Part shown: positions 10,869-22,727 of the stretch, piece by piece
Layout: each line of letters starts with the position of its first letter
Position numbering within the stretch: position 1 is the stretch's first letter
Notes under the pieces: generated by a model
Database searches by the model: none
What the model saw: only the letters and a program-made list of their open reading frames with translations
What the model was told of the DNA's origin: nothing
Program-made: the position numbers and the translations under genes
Source of the DNA: Spirogloea muscicola
Taxonomy: Eukaryota
DNA length: 34,465 bases
NCBI GenBank assembly: GCA_009602725.1
Contig: WELB01000018.1
Coordinates: 65,686 to 100,150 of the forward strand
Direction: 5' to 3'

Positions 10869-13800
10869 ATGAAGAAGCGCGTGGACATGCGCATCCTGAC
10901 GCTGGTGGAGAACGGCGTCCGCGCCCGCCACCGCTCCATGTTCGTCATCGTCGGCGACCGCGGGCGCGACCAGGTCCGGCTCGGCCGCCACGCCTCCGCT
11001 GCTGCCCGTCGAGGCTCGACGACGGGCTACGTTGCCCAATGCTGTCCGTCTGAGAGAGAATGGCTGCAGCAGCCAAGATTCGGCGAACGCCAACAGCAGG
11101 CACTCAGTCAGCTCCCCCCCGCCTGCGGCTGTCGCCTCCTTCAGGTCGTGAACTTGCACTACCTGCTCTCAAAGTCCGTCGTCAAGGCCCGGCCCTCCGT
11201 CCTGTGGTGCTACAAGAAGGAGCTCTACCTAAGCAGGTGAGCGAGCTTATGCCAGACCTTGCACCACCCAACTCCCATCCCTGGGTGCTTACTGCCAGGC
11301 TCTGGCGTCGCCACGAGGCCCTTGAGGCCTTCTCGCAGAGTTTGAGACAGTGATAGCCAGCTTGTGAGGACTGGCCTTCGAGCTGTCGGCAGCAGGAGCT
11401 GCCGTTGAGAAAGCACCGCACAAGCTGCCAAGCTGGTCATTGCACCGGATGAGGGCCATCACTGCGTCAATTGGATGCTTTGAGCAGACTGGCTTCTTTC
11501 CACCGCCAGTCCCGCTTACAATGCACAAGCTTGTCCAATATTAAGCCCCGTGAAGTGAGCCGTGTGGTGGACTACTGGGACTAAGTGGCTGACTGGCTGC
11601 TCTTGTGCGCAACTGTCATGAAGCCACTGGCGCAAGCGGCAGAAAGAGGTGCGGAAGATGAAGCAGCAGGGCAAGCTGGACCCAGAGAAGGAGGACCCCT
11701 TTGCACTCTTCGTGGCGTCCACCAATATCCGCTACTGCTATTACTCGGACACGCACAAGATCCTCGGCAACACCTTTGGCATGTGCGTCCTCCAGGTTTC
11801 ACTGCCTCCCCTCCCTCGCACCGGAGCTACCACTGGGAAACTGGTCACGTGCTTTTGCTCAAGACTCGCAGTGCGCTTTGCATCGTCAGGGGCTGTCATA
11901 CAGGGGTCCAGCCATGGCCTGCTGTGCTTGTTCTTCAGACTCACTCTCTAGAAAGCACACCATCATCCTAGTTAAACCAGTAGTACTCTGTGATAGCACG
12001 ATGGACCTGGTCTTTACCACATTGGTCGGCCTCATTAGCCATCAGCTGAGAAGGCATGGACAGGTGAGGTTCTCCTTGGTCGCCATACGTGAGGGACCAA
12101 GGGTCATAGACGTCGTCCGACTTGGGCGGAGCTGTCCAAGCGCGACAACTTCAAAGCTCATCATGAGCACTCAGCGCTGGGCGAGTGATGCTGGAGCATT
12201 GCTGTGTCTCTTAAAGCCTCTCATCAGGCAACTCGCTCTTCTGAAGTCAGGACTTTGAAGCCCTCACGCCAAACCTCCTGGCACGAACAGTTGAGGCGGT
12301 AGAGGGCGGAGGCATCATTGTTCTGCTCCTCAGCTCCCTCACGTCGCTCTCCAAGCTTTACACCATGACGATGGTCAGCAGCCTCCCTTGCAAGAAATGC
12401 TCAGCTACGTCATGGACCTCTGCTATACATGATCATCAGAGTGTTGACACCTCCATATCTGGTGTTTCTGTGATTGCTGCACAGTAAGCTACTTGGCCCC
12501 TGCTCCGCTGAGCCTCTATTAATGCCTTGGTCTGGTAGGATGTGCACGCCCGCTTCCGGACGGAGTCCCACACAAATGTGACCGGACGCTTCAATGAGCG
12601 CTTCATACTGTCCCTCGCAAACTGCCGGGCATGCGTTGTCATGGATGATGAGCTCAACATCCTCCCAATCTCCTCGCACATAAGGAACCTTCAGCCGCAC
12701 CCCAAGTCCGAGGTGAGGGTTTAGTCATGTGTGCAGCTGCTCATAAGACTTTGAATGCTGCAACTTCGGTGCTGGTAGACCAAACAGCAAGCTTGACAAG
12801 AATGAATGCCTTAACTCAGGCTCGAGTCCAAGAGAAAACAACAGTGTCTTATTGCATTGAGTTGACACTTGGTCACTCTCTGAAAGGTAGAAGAGAGCGC
12901 AACAGAGGCTGAGCAGGACCTGAAGGAGCTCAAGGAGTCGCTCAAGGACACCCAGCCGATGGGGGCCCTTGTTGACAAATGCCGCACCTTGGACCAGGTC
13001 GGTGTGCTGGATTCCGCTCACATTTACTCTTGCAGTTTTGCAGGGTGCCGTCAAAGTCTGCTTTCGCAGCCACTCTCCTGTCAAGTTGTTCCGACCAGGA
13101 CCTGTCTGCTTGCAGAACCTCCTCCATGCAGACTTGTTAAGGCTGCATCTGTGAAACACAGGTGCACTTTGAAAGGACATTGCTTCTTAAAGTGAGTCAA
13201 TGCTCACAGCAGTCATTGAGTTTATTGGAATCTCTTGGTTAAAATTGTGCCTACACGTGCCTGCCTGTATGGCAGGCGAAAGCAGTTATCACCTTCTTGG
13301 ATGCCATCTCGGAGAAGACGCTGCGGTCCACAGTCGCCCTCACTGCAGCCAGAGGCCGAGGAAAGTCGGCCGCCTTGGGAGTAGCCATTGCTGGAGCCAT
13401 TGCTCTTGGGTGACTATCTGCCCCCTTGGAGAGGACTACAGCCAAAGCTTGTGTGAGGCTTGATGGCCTTGCTTGTCATGCCGAGGAGGCACAGGATTGT
13501 CATCATATATCTCAAGAGGAAACAAGCAATAGCAGATTAGCATTCAATGAAGGCGGCGTTGCCTTTGACTGAGCAGATGAGAAGATGTAGTCCATCAATT
13601 CTGTGCTGTGCGCTGTTGGCTTGCGTTTGCAGCGCATGCTGCAGAGCTCAGCTTCATTTGAGTATGTGTGCAGCTATTCCAACATTTTTGTGACGTCTCC
13701 GAGCCCTGAGAACCTGCGGACCCTCTTCGACTTCATATGCAAGGGCTTTGATGCCATGGACTACAAGGTTGGCCTCGCTACCCCTTGACCCATGCTGAGG

Positions 13801-16800
13801 ACGCAATTGGGAGATCCTGCGCGCCTCTACATGCTCGAGTTGACTCTTGCACTGTCAAGAGAAACTCCTCTTAGGATGATATCTGGATCAAGCACTGGAC
13901 AGGCTTTGGAGTTACAGGATTGAGTTTGCAATATGAGTTTGTCACATGACTGCAGGAACACATTGACTATGACCTTGTTGAGAGCACCAATCCTACCTTC
14001 AACAAGGCCATCATCCGAATGAATGTCTTCCGCCAGCATCGCCAGACTGTTCAGGTCATACTTATGGAACTCTATCCTCTATGGAGCACTTTGTCTTCCA
14101 GTCCTGACTTTGTGCACCTGCATAACATTCTGGTCTGATTTCATGGACGTCCTCTTCAGTCTCCTGCATGCAGTAATTGTGTAATTCAACCATTCACCTC
14201 CTTCTCCTGCAGTACATCCAACCCCAGCACAGCGAGAGGTTGGCCCAGGCCGAGCTGCTCGTGGTGGACGAGGCTGCCGCTATTTCGCTCCCCATTGTCA
14301 AAGCGCTTCTTGGCCCCTACCTCATCTTCCTGTGCTCCACGGTCAATGGGTGAGATCGCACGTTTTTCCGATCATTGTTTAGTATTCTGTAAACAAATGC
14401 TATCCCAACACTTTGTCTAAGGCAGCAAGAGTAGGCAACCTCACTTCAGTCAAAGATGCTCTGCTGCGTGATGCAGCTATGAGGGCACCGGGCGGTCCCT
14501 GTCGCTCAAGCTCATCCAGCAGCTCAAGGAGCAGGCTCAGAAATCCACGGCTGGTGCCAAGCAGGGCGAGGGTGCAGCCTCAGGTGAGATCTACATGTCC
14601 TGGGAACTCTGCTTACGTCTTGTTGGAAGGTATCAGCAGATTATCTATGTAATTGTGCAAGCTTCGTCATGAATTACTCAGCAGAATGTCATCTACCTGT
14701 AGGGCAGGTCGCGTCTTCAAGGAGGTGCAGCTTGCTGAGCCAATCAGATACGCTCCTGGAGACCCAATAGAAGCCTGGCTGAACAGTCTTCTCTGCCTCA
14801 GTGCTGCCAACCATGTCACCAAGCTTTCCAGTCGGTGTGCAGCTACATCCTCTCATGGCTGGTTGTTCTTGTCCTCTTAGCTATCCGAAAGTGAAAGTGC
14901 TTGCATCTCCAGCTCGCCATTTTTAGTGCAGTTTCAAGTATGTCTTGTCAGCTCATTGCAGCTGTGCTTGATGCTTGATGACTGGTGCACCTCTCTTGCG
15001 TGCAGGCTACCCCATCCAAACGAATGCGATCTATTCTACGTGAACAGAGACACCCTCTTTTCTCACCATCGAGCGAGCGAGGAATTCCTTCAGGTTTCTG
15101 ACTTACGGCAGCATGAATAATCAGTTCTTCTTGAAGTGCAATCCAGGGAGGCATCTCTAGTAGCTATGTCATTGACTTCACCCTTTTTATTCCACTAATT
15201 GTAGTTGTTGTGGGTACACTCAAAATCAGCTGACACTTGATTTCCTTCTTCTAAATCTCCTTCTGTTGCTAGAGAACAATGGCGTTGTATGTTGCTTCAC
15301 ACTACAAAAACACGCCGAATGACCTTCAGCTGATGTCTGATGCACCTGCACATCACCTCTTTGTCCTGCTCGGTGAGAATGGATTGCTTTGCTACTTGCT
15401 TCACCTCCTCACTGTTGTCCTCTGTGACACTTTCATCAATGACCGTCCTATGTTGCGGGTAAAGGCACAAGACTGGTGAAGCTCACATGTTTTGAGGTAG
15501 TTGTGGCCTTTCGCTGAGAATGTACATTCACCTCTCTGCGGAATACAGGGCCAGTGCATGAAGACCAATCTGGCCTACCTGACATTTTTTGCGTTGTCCA
15601 GGTTAGTCCTTCACTGCAGCCCTTGTCCAACCCCCTAGCATCAGCTGCTGTATCCGGTGGGCTGTGCGCTGCTTGACAGCGGGACCTCGTGTCAGCAGTG
15701 TTCGTTACCTTCTCAAAGTGCATCTTGTGTAATCGTCATAGTGTGATACTCTTCATGATAACATTTTGGGTTTTCATTGCTCACCATGTAAGCTGGAATA
15801 CTCTTTTTGGTGCTGTGCAGGTTTGCCTGGAGGGTGACATTTCCAGGCAGTCTGCGCAGCAGCACTTGGCGCAGGGTTACCAGCCGACTGGGGACCTCAT
15901 CCCCTGGACCGTGTCGCAGCAGTTCCAGGACGCTGAATTTCCATCCCTCTCAGGAGCCAGAATTGTCCGCATTGCTACCCACCCCGATCTTGTCAGAGTA
16001 AGCTGCCCAGCTCTGGACGTGTGCAATTTTGACATTGGAGGCTCTTAGTCATGTTCAATTTAGAAGCGTGCCAAGTCTGAGAAGGCGATATTACTCGTGT
16101 TCAGGCTGGCTATGGTTCGCGAGCTGTTGATCTGCTGGCCAGGTGGGCCACTTTTCTCAGATGGCCGCCTGTCTGGTGCTAGCTGCTAGAATGCTGGCAA
16201 TTGTCAAGCTTACTGAATTTGCTTGATATATATCTAGCCTTCTTTGTGCTATCTAGCTACAAAGCTCGTCTTGTATCTCGGCTTCTTTCAGTGTCCTTTA
16301 TGGACTCCCTCGGCTGGCCTTCACAGCTGCTTCTCCTTTGTTGAGGTTGTTATCAATGAGCCTCCAGAAATTATCCATGAAGGCTGTTCAGGCTGACTGT
16401 GACCCATATTGGAGACTTTCAGATATTATGAGGGACAGCTGACCATTCTGGAAGAAGATGGTCTTGAGGAACACTCCACCGTTCCAACCTCAGATGCTCT
16501 GGAGGCAGCTAAGGAGGTAAGACCATTCTATGAAGTTCAAGAAACTTCTCATAAAGTCATCATCTCTACAATCGTTGAAGTGTCAGTCATCCTTGACATT
16601 TCTTAGATAATGCGTTTCAAGAGTTTACGACACTATGTTCTGCAAAATGGTGATGGCTTGCAAGCTGTACATCTGCTTCAGGTAGGCCTGCAGGAGGAGC
16701 AGGTGAAGCCAAGGGCCAACCTCCCTCCTCTCCTTGTTGGGTTGAGAGAACGACGGGCAGAGCAGCTGCACTACCTGGGAGCATCGTTTGGTCTCACGCA

Positions 16801-19029
16801 ATCCCTCTTTGCTTTCTGGCGCAAGCAGCGCTTCCATCCAGTGTACCTTCGTCAAACGCCAGTGAGCTGCTTAGGCTCTTTGCTGCAGGATGCTGTAGCA
16901 TCACAGTGGGTCAACCACCCGCCAGTATGCAGACAAGATGCCACAAGTGCATCCAGCAGAAACCATCACAGCTTAGGCATTTGCATGGGCTCACTTTTTG
17001 GCATTAGGATGCATATTGATTAATCTGGAAGGTAAGCTCATCAATTTGGGGTTTGTGAAGCTGCCAAGAGCTGGTATGATGTAGCATGTCATATGTCTGA
17101 GGGTGCTGTGTGGTGTGCAATGCAGAACGAGATCACAGGGGAGCACACAACCATTGTCCTGAGGCCACTTCAGAGCGATGAGGTGGAGTCTGGGCCGGGA
17201 ACATCAGGATCGTCTTGGCTCCATCCTTTCTCTCAAGGTCAGAGGTTTCGCAGCCTGTAGTGTCTGATTTGCCTGCATGATGCTCCAATGGTATAGAGAG
17301 AGTTATTGGACGGAGCATCTGTCGCGAGGCATACTTGGTCTTGTGACATCTATGGCACCGTATGTGCTCCTTGTGCTCAGATGCACACTATGCACTTGGT
17401 ATCTGGTCACCTGATGTGCTATGCATGTGATTTATATGTTTCCGCAACTGCCTAAGACTCCCGTCACAATCCTCCGCCTCGCAGACTTCAAGAGGAGAAT
17501 GACATTTCTTCTTGGATACAGCTTCCGCAATCTTCCACCAGCATTAGCTCTTAGGTCATATACCCCTTCAGCCTGGATGTATTTCTCTCTACTAGTATCA
17601 TGTCTTTGTGGTCGCTGCTTTGACAGGGAGACACATTAGCATCCACTCCATGCTCTCATTCCAAGCAGAGCGTGTTTTTCGGATTCACATCACGAGCTGG
17701 CAGTTTATGGAAGGGCTTGCGTGATGCATAGAGAAGGCCCGACATTGCTTTGGAGACTGACTTTGCTTCGTTTGATCATGTCTGGCGGCCTCAGCTTACT
17801 CGATCCGAAAATATCATTCACAGAGCAGGAGGCTCAGAGTGGTGTGGTCAACAGAGAGACCATCTTTAAGGGCTCAAACCCACTTTTGACACCATATGAT
17901 CTCAAGCGACTGGAATCGTATGCGAGGAACCTTGTCGACTACCACATGATTCTTGACCTGTTGCCAACCATTGCAAGATTGTACTTCCTGGAAAGGCTTC
18001 CCACGACGCTCTCATATGGACAGGCTGCCATCCTCCTCTGCCTTGGCCTGCAGCACCAGCAACTCACAGATGTTGAAGTATGTATAAATCATAACCTACA
18101 CTCTGAGACAGTGTGTTCTGCGCAACATTGACAAGGAGGCTGCCCAGCAAAGCCGGTTATGGTCCTGACATCTTCAGTTGCACTTGCAGCAACACCTGAA
18201 GCTACCCTCAAACCAGATCTTGGCCCTCTTCAACAAAACTGTACGTAAGCTTCATAGTCAGCTCCATGCGGCTGCAGCAATGGAGGTCGAGCTCACACTT
18301 CCTCGTATGAAGGAGGTGAGATTGGCGAGAAAGACCAACAGCATGTCCAAATCAAGCTGCGAATCTTGCAGGCACTTCTTCCACTTTGACGAAATTAAGC
18401 ATCCCTCGATGTTGCAGGTGACCTTTGTGCCTCACGATGCCACTGTAGAGGAGGACCTTGACGAGGGTGCACGGAAAGTGAAAGTATGTGCGCATATCTC
18501 GTAATGTTACTGAGACCTGCAAAATGATGGGCTTGATTAGCAGATTCAGGGATCTGTGTTCTTGCGGCAGGAGCTTTTGTGATGAGTAGAGTTCGTATTT
18601 CCTTGTCATCTGGTCGCCTAGCACAGAAGCAGCTGTATCTGCTTGTGCAGTCAGTCAATGCTGTAAACATCAAAATTTCTAGCCAAGACAGAGAAGTTTG
18701 CAGTCTTGTTTGAGTGCGGTTACTTAAGTGCAAGTTCTCGGCTGGTTTGTCAGATGGAGCTGAAGGAAAAGATGAAGGGCCTGCTAGACCCTGCAGGCCT
18801 TCAGCACTTCGCCATAAGCGGGAGGGAGACAGAGTTTGAGGAAGCTCTCTTGCAGACGGGAGGGAAGGTTGCCAGGAGTGGCCTGCTCAGTGTGAAGGGC
18901 AAGACCAGGAGAGGGGAGGGCAAGGGGGAGAAGAGTGACAAGAAGCACAGTGTCAATGGCGTAAACAAGAAGCGGAAGTCGCCCATGGAAGGGCCCAGGA
19001 GGTCCAAGAGGAAGGCCAGCAAACAATAG
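10869..19029 (+). CDS. NAT10: RNA cytidine acetyltransferase NAT10/Kre33 (helicase + GNAT + tRNA-binding domains), 25 exons
   Basis: Exons 10869-10973, 11145-11236, 11624-11795, 12251-12373, 12539-12712, 12887-12997, 13276-13409, 13674-13767, 13956-14054, 14213-14349, 14477-14583, 14708-14834, 15006-15093, 15273-15372, 15549-15601, 15821-15997, 16105-16142, 16423-16516, 16682-16861, 17126-17237, 17485-17554, 17795-18077, 18190-18315, 18418-18483, 18754-19029. Motifs include MKKRVDMRI, LQDFEALTPNLLART, AARGRGKSAALG, VDEAAAI, STVNGYEGTGRSLSLKL, SHYKNTPNDLQ, RIATHPD..GYGSR and a basic C-terminal tail. Confidence 0.97.
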
Positions 19030-19229
19030 CTCAGATGTTTTGAGGTCATTCCTTAGTTGCCACGGACTCGCCTTCGCCGTGCTTCGTGAGTTGGGCTCCT
19101 CGGCCTCACTGTTGCCTTGTCTCCTGTGTTAGTGAGCTGAGCTGGTCACCAACCTTTCCTTACAGCCACTTCTTCAATGGCGCACCTGCTATTGGAACAG
19201 ACTGGCACTCAAACTCCCCAGCCACTCGT

Positions 19230-19886
19230 GCTGTGCCCATGCTCGTCACTGCCTGCGGGCAGAATATCCTCCTCTTGCCTTCTGGCAGAGTTGGCGGGTG
19301 CGGGTGGAGGTGGCCTCTCCCATCAAAGGCCAGCTCTGTGGCTGCAGATTGGAGATTCTTGGGGCATAGCGTGGAGCCATATTAGCTCGCTTAGACATTG
19401 TGCTCTTCCTAAGAGGAGACGTGGCTGTGACGGCCAGCCCCGAAAGATGGAAGTTCTTTAGGTGGAAGCCCCAAAGTACACGTACCTCAGCAACAATAAG
19501 TGGCTGCTGCAGATGAGCACTTAGTGTTCTTCAGTTTAAAGTCCAAGTAAGTCGCAGTTAAGGTATGGGGACCACTGGCCCCTGGAGGTGGCAGCCAAGG
19601 CGCGACTATTATGCAGATGCAAGGAAAACGCCTGCATTGCTGCATCGGAATTGATGAGGCGCATGCAGTACATGCGGTGCTGTGCACCCTGAGCCGCCTT
19701 TGTGGCCGATGGGACTGGCTTGTCGCCCCCGGTGTGGCTATTACGGCAGTGGTTGCACGGGCTGCTGCCAGGCGTGTCAAATGCAAGGTCGACTGGCCGG
19801 ACGTGGGGTCTGTCATTCGTCCGGCTTGCACAGAGTCCGCCCGCCCGGTGTGCTGTGAAAGGAAAAGCTATTTCAGTGTAAGATAA
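19230..19886 (+). pseudogene. Highly decayed, intronless RecQ-like (DEAH) helicase fragment
   Basis: Collinear motif ghosts appear across shifting frames: GQNILLLPSG (19257-), GGGLSHQRPAL..GIAWSHISSL (19303-; cf. GKSLCYQLPAL..VVSPLISL), CIGIDEAHAV (DEAH 19653-19664), PGVAITAV (motif III-like) and ..RP..SYFSVR (cf. RPNIxYxV). Stops and frameshifts lie between the blocks. Confidence 0.5.
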
Positions 19887-19960
19887 TGGCTGTGGGAGGC
19901 CAGCCCAATAATGAACAAGGTCTGAACACAAGCAAGCGTTGCGAAAAGCCAGCCCAGCGG
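19886..19960 (-). mobile_element. Retrotransposon 3'-tail remnant with two hairpin-motif copies
   Basis: Minus strand reads ctgggctggcttttcgca..cttgttcattattgggctggcctcccacagcc, matching the tails at 670-705 and 1984-2020. Confidence 0.55.
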
Positions 19961-20959
19961 AGACTTACACTGAAAATCTTCCTGCTCTGGCTGCTCCTGA
20001 TGTTGCTACTGTCGTTCACGGTCAGCAGCCTCCGCTTCTTGTCTCCTCCACTCAAGAGTCCTCCAGTGTATGCTCTCCTTTCTCCAAAGGACCAGCAGAC
20101 CGCCCTCGTCTCGGCGTTTCAGACGCAGATCCCCTCAAGACGGCACACAGATTTCGACCTCACACAGACATCAGTCACACTGTCACGCAAGCTAAAGCTC
20201 TTACTCCCTATGGAAATTGAGGAATTCAGGTATGGGTCTGGGTATGGGACTCTTACGTACCGAAAGCAGAAAACTTCAACCATGCTCTATCCCAAAGGTA
20301 CACAATTTGTACAAAGACAGCACAGGCTCCGCCTGGCAGCACACAGAGCCGCACCCTTGGTGGGTGGCAGCCATACTGGGCGCACAGAGCAGCACGATCG
20401 CCCCACGAATGAGACGATGTGCGGTGGCCTCCTTCTACAGGAAGAATAGCGAGTGTATTGATTAACGGAGGGCTTGAATGGCCAAGTACAAAGGCAAGCA
20501 CATTGACAATTGTACATCACCTGCTGCTAAGCTGATCCGCTCAGTGACCACGAGTCATCACATAGAGGTGACTGATGCCCGAATACCAGATGGCAATTGA
20601 CAAGCCCTTGTGCCACCATGTGATGATGGTCGACCAGCTTTCTGGTGCAAGCTTTCTACAGGGAGGCTCCCACAGCCCAATAGGCTTGGTCAGATGGTCC
20701 ACCCAACACGGCCCGCTAATTCACCATGAAACTACATAATTCAGCATTCACAAGATCCGAAGGGGCCGGAAAGCGTGCCGCTCATCGGCGCCGTTCCTGC
20801 GTCGCCCGGTTGCTTCGTCGGCCTTCCGACTCGGCGCCAGACACCTGGCATTGCGTGGCAAACACCGACGGCGCCGCGGCGGAAAGGCGCCGCTCGTCGG
20901 AGCAACACGATGTTTTGCATTTGGCCGCACACGCCCCCCGCCAGGGGCTTTCTATGTGG

Positions 20960-21670
20960 CGGTGGCCGTGGCCGTGGAGCACTCGTCAATAATGCCCATC
21001 CTGCGCGACGACGACGGCCGGATCCACACCAGGCGCACTGACCTCGTCGCCATCCCGCCCGGGGGCGGTCCGCTAATCATCGCGGATGTGGTGACCACCG
21101 ACTGTGTCAACTCCGCTAACCCCTCCAAGTCGGCGACGACCGCTGGGCATGCGGTCGCTGTGGCGGCCCGCGGCAAAGAACGGAAATATGCTGATCACCC
21201 GCCTGCCGACGAATTCGCAGCCCTGGCCATCGATGTCCACGGGGCCTATGGCCGTGGCTGGTTGGACCTCCTCCAGCGGCTTGCCCGGCAGGCCATCGAG
21301 CGGCGGCCGGGTCTGCCAGGGGGGCTGCCCGGCTTCAACGCGGCCGGCTCCCTGGCCCAGGTCTTCCGGATGCGGCTCTCCGTGTCCCTCCAACGCCCCC
21401 TCGCCTATGTCGTCCACTCGCGTGCGGGCCGCGCTATCGCGGCTGCTTCTGGGTCGCGTCTGGATGCATCATTTCCTGCGTCGAGCTACTCCGACCTGAT
21501 GTTGCTCACCCGGGGGTATTGAGCTTCCTGTGATTTCGTCGTGTCTTCTTCTCTAGCTGCCTAGCTGTGAGTTTTTTGTTTTTGTGTTTTTTGGCTTTTG
21601 ACATTGTCCATTCTTTCTGGGCTGGCTTTGCTGGCCCCCTTTCTCCATGGGCGCGCTCTTCCTTTCTATG
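20960..21670 (+). mobile_element. CRE-like element 3' portion with uninterrupted RLE domain and 3' UTR
   Basis: ORF 20851..21522 reads VAVEHSSIMPILRDDDGRIHTRRTDLVAIPPGGGPLIIADVVTTD..GHAVAVAARGKERKYADHPPADEFAALAIDVHGAYGRGWLDLL..FRMRLSVSLQR..SDLMLLTRGY*. The T-rich tail contains GGGCTGG-CTTTG-CTGGCCC (21619-21637). Confidence 0.87.
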
Positions 21671-22199
21671 GCGCTTGGGGACACAGCAGGTCATAATATG
21701 CGGTTCAGGGTAGTAATATGGACCCTGCCAGGGCCCTCCTCTGGAAGAGAGAAGGCGCGCGGGGCGCATGAATTGAAAGGGAGGCCAATTCAAGCCAATA
21801 CATTGTTCAGAAAGAAAGAAAGAAGAAAGGAAGAAGGTCCTCTGGCGGCTGAAGGCCCTGTCGGCAACACGTCTGCGCCCTGGAGCCACCTGATCGAAAG
21901 CCTGCATTGTCTGCTGTAGCGACCCAAGGGGACGCTGGCGGGCCGCGGGACGTCATCCGGGCCTCCCGCGCCTTTCGGGGGCGGCCAGAGATCCTGCCCC
22001 GCAAGACGACACCACTTTCAGTCACCAAGGCACTTGTTAGCCGCCGATTGACTTCCATCGAACGAATGACGAGAGGTCTGACTTGCACGTCGTCCGATAT
22101 TGCGCATCGGGTGGCAGCCGATGCCCCCTTGCCCGGCTCTTGCTCCTTCCTGCCCGCCGGGCCCCCGAGCTTGCGGGCCAGCCCGCTCGTGCCCCAGCT

Positions 22200-22420
22200 C
22201 GGGGCTCCCCTCGCCATCCCTCTCACCTGACTTCCTACCGCTGAGACGGGGGGATTAAGAGCGCCCTGTCTGCCTGGCTTGTGGCTTCGCCAAGATGATG
22301 ATGAAAACACCCACTGTGTGCACCTGGCTGGCTTTTAAGCCGCTCCATTTTCAACAATAGCCGCATATTTCTCAGCTCGTCCGACCCCCCCATTGGCGAC
22401 CCGGGCACTGAGAGGGCCCT
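22200..22420 (+). mobile_element. Decayed ORF end + 3' UTR of the CRE-like element (second tail subtype)
   Basis: ctgacttcctaccgctgagacggggggattaagagcgccctgtctgc aligns with 1793-1839 (ctgacttcctactgctgacacgggggtattgagagcgccctgtctgc). Similarity continues through ctggctggcttttaagccgc and gacccggg..tga.agggc. Confidence 0.75.
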
Positions 22421-22727
22421 GCTTGCCCAGCCGGTGGCCATCCAGGCGCCGAAGGCCCTGCATGCACGGGGCTGGCTCTCACAATTGCCCCTCGCCATCA
22501 GCAGCCGCGCTCCCTTTCCGCTTCTTGCTGCTCTGCACCGCCACCCCCGCCGCTCTGCCGCACGGCTCCACCTCGCAGGCATCTCGTCACCGCCCTTTGC
22601 CTGCTCGGCTTCGCTGCGCCTTTAGCGCCTCCCGCAGCTGCGCGCGCTTTCCAGCCGCCGGCTCTAGTGGGCGCTGCGCAGTCTTGAGCCCAACTCGAAG
22701 GCCGAGCCTCCTCCACGCCCGGCGGCG

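Noticed and set aside
18484..18753. Possible intronic box C/D snoRNA (U13-like ac4C guide) in the last NAT10 intron; GTGATGA at about 18579
   Set aside because: There is no downstream CTGA box D or terminal stem, and I found no complement to the 18S 3' end (e.g. CCTTGTTACGAC) anywhere in the NAT10 introns.
19886..20520. ORF 19886..20449 with a hydrophobic stretch, and a faint hAT-dimerisation-like peptide in 20217..20465
   Set aside because: The hydrophobic run is the antisense of a Gln/Glu-rich decayed sequence next to a TE tail, and the hAT resemblance lacks the conserved ER.FS motif.
20770..20792. CCGATGAG on the minus strand resembling a hammerhead ribozyme core
   Set aside because: The core is not CUGANGA, and no stem II followed by GAAA is present.
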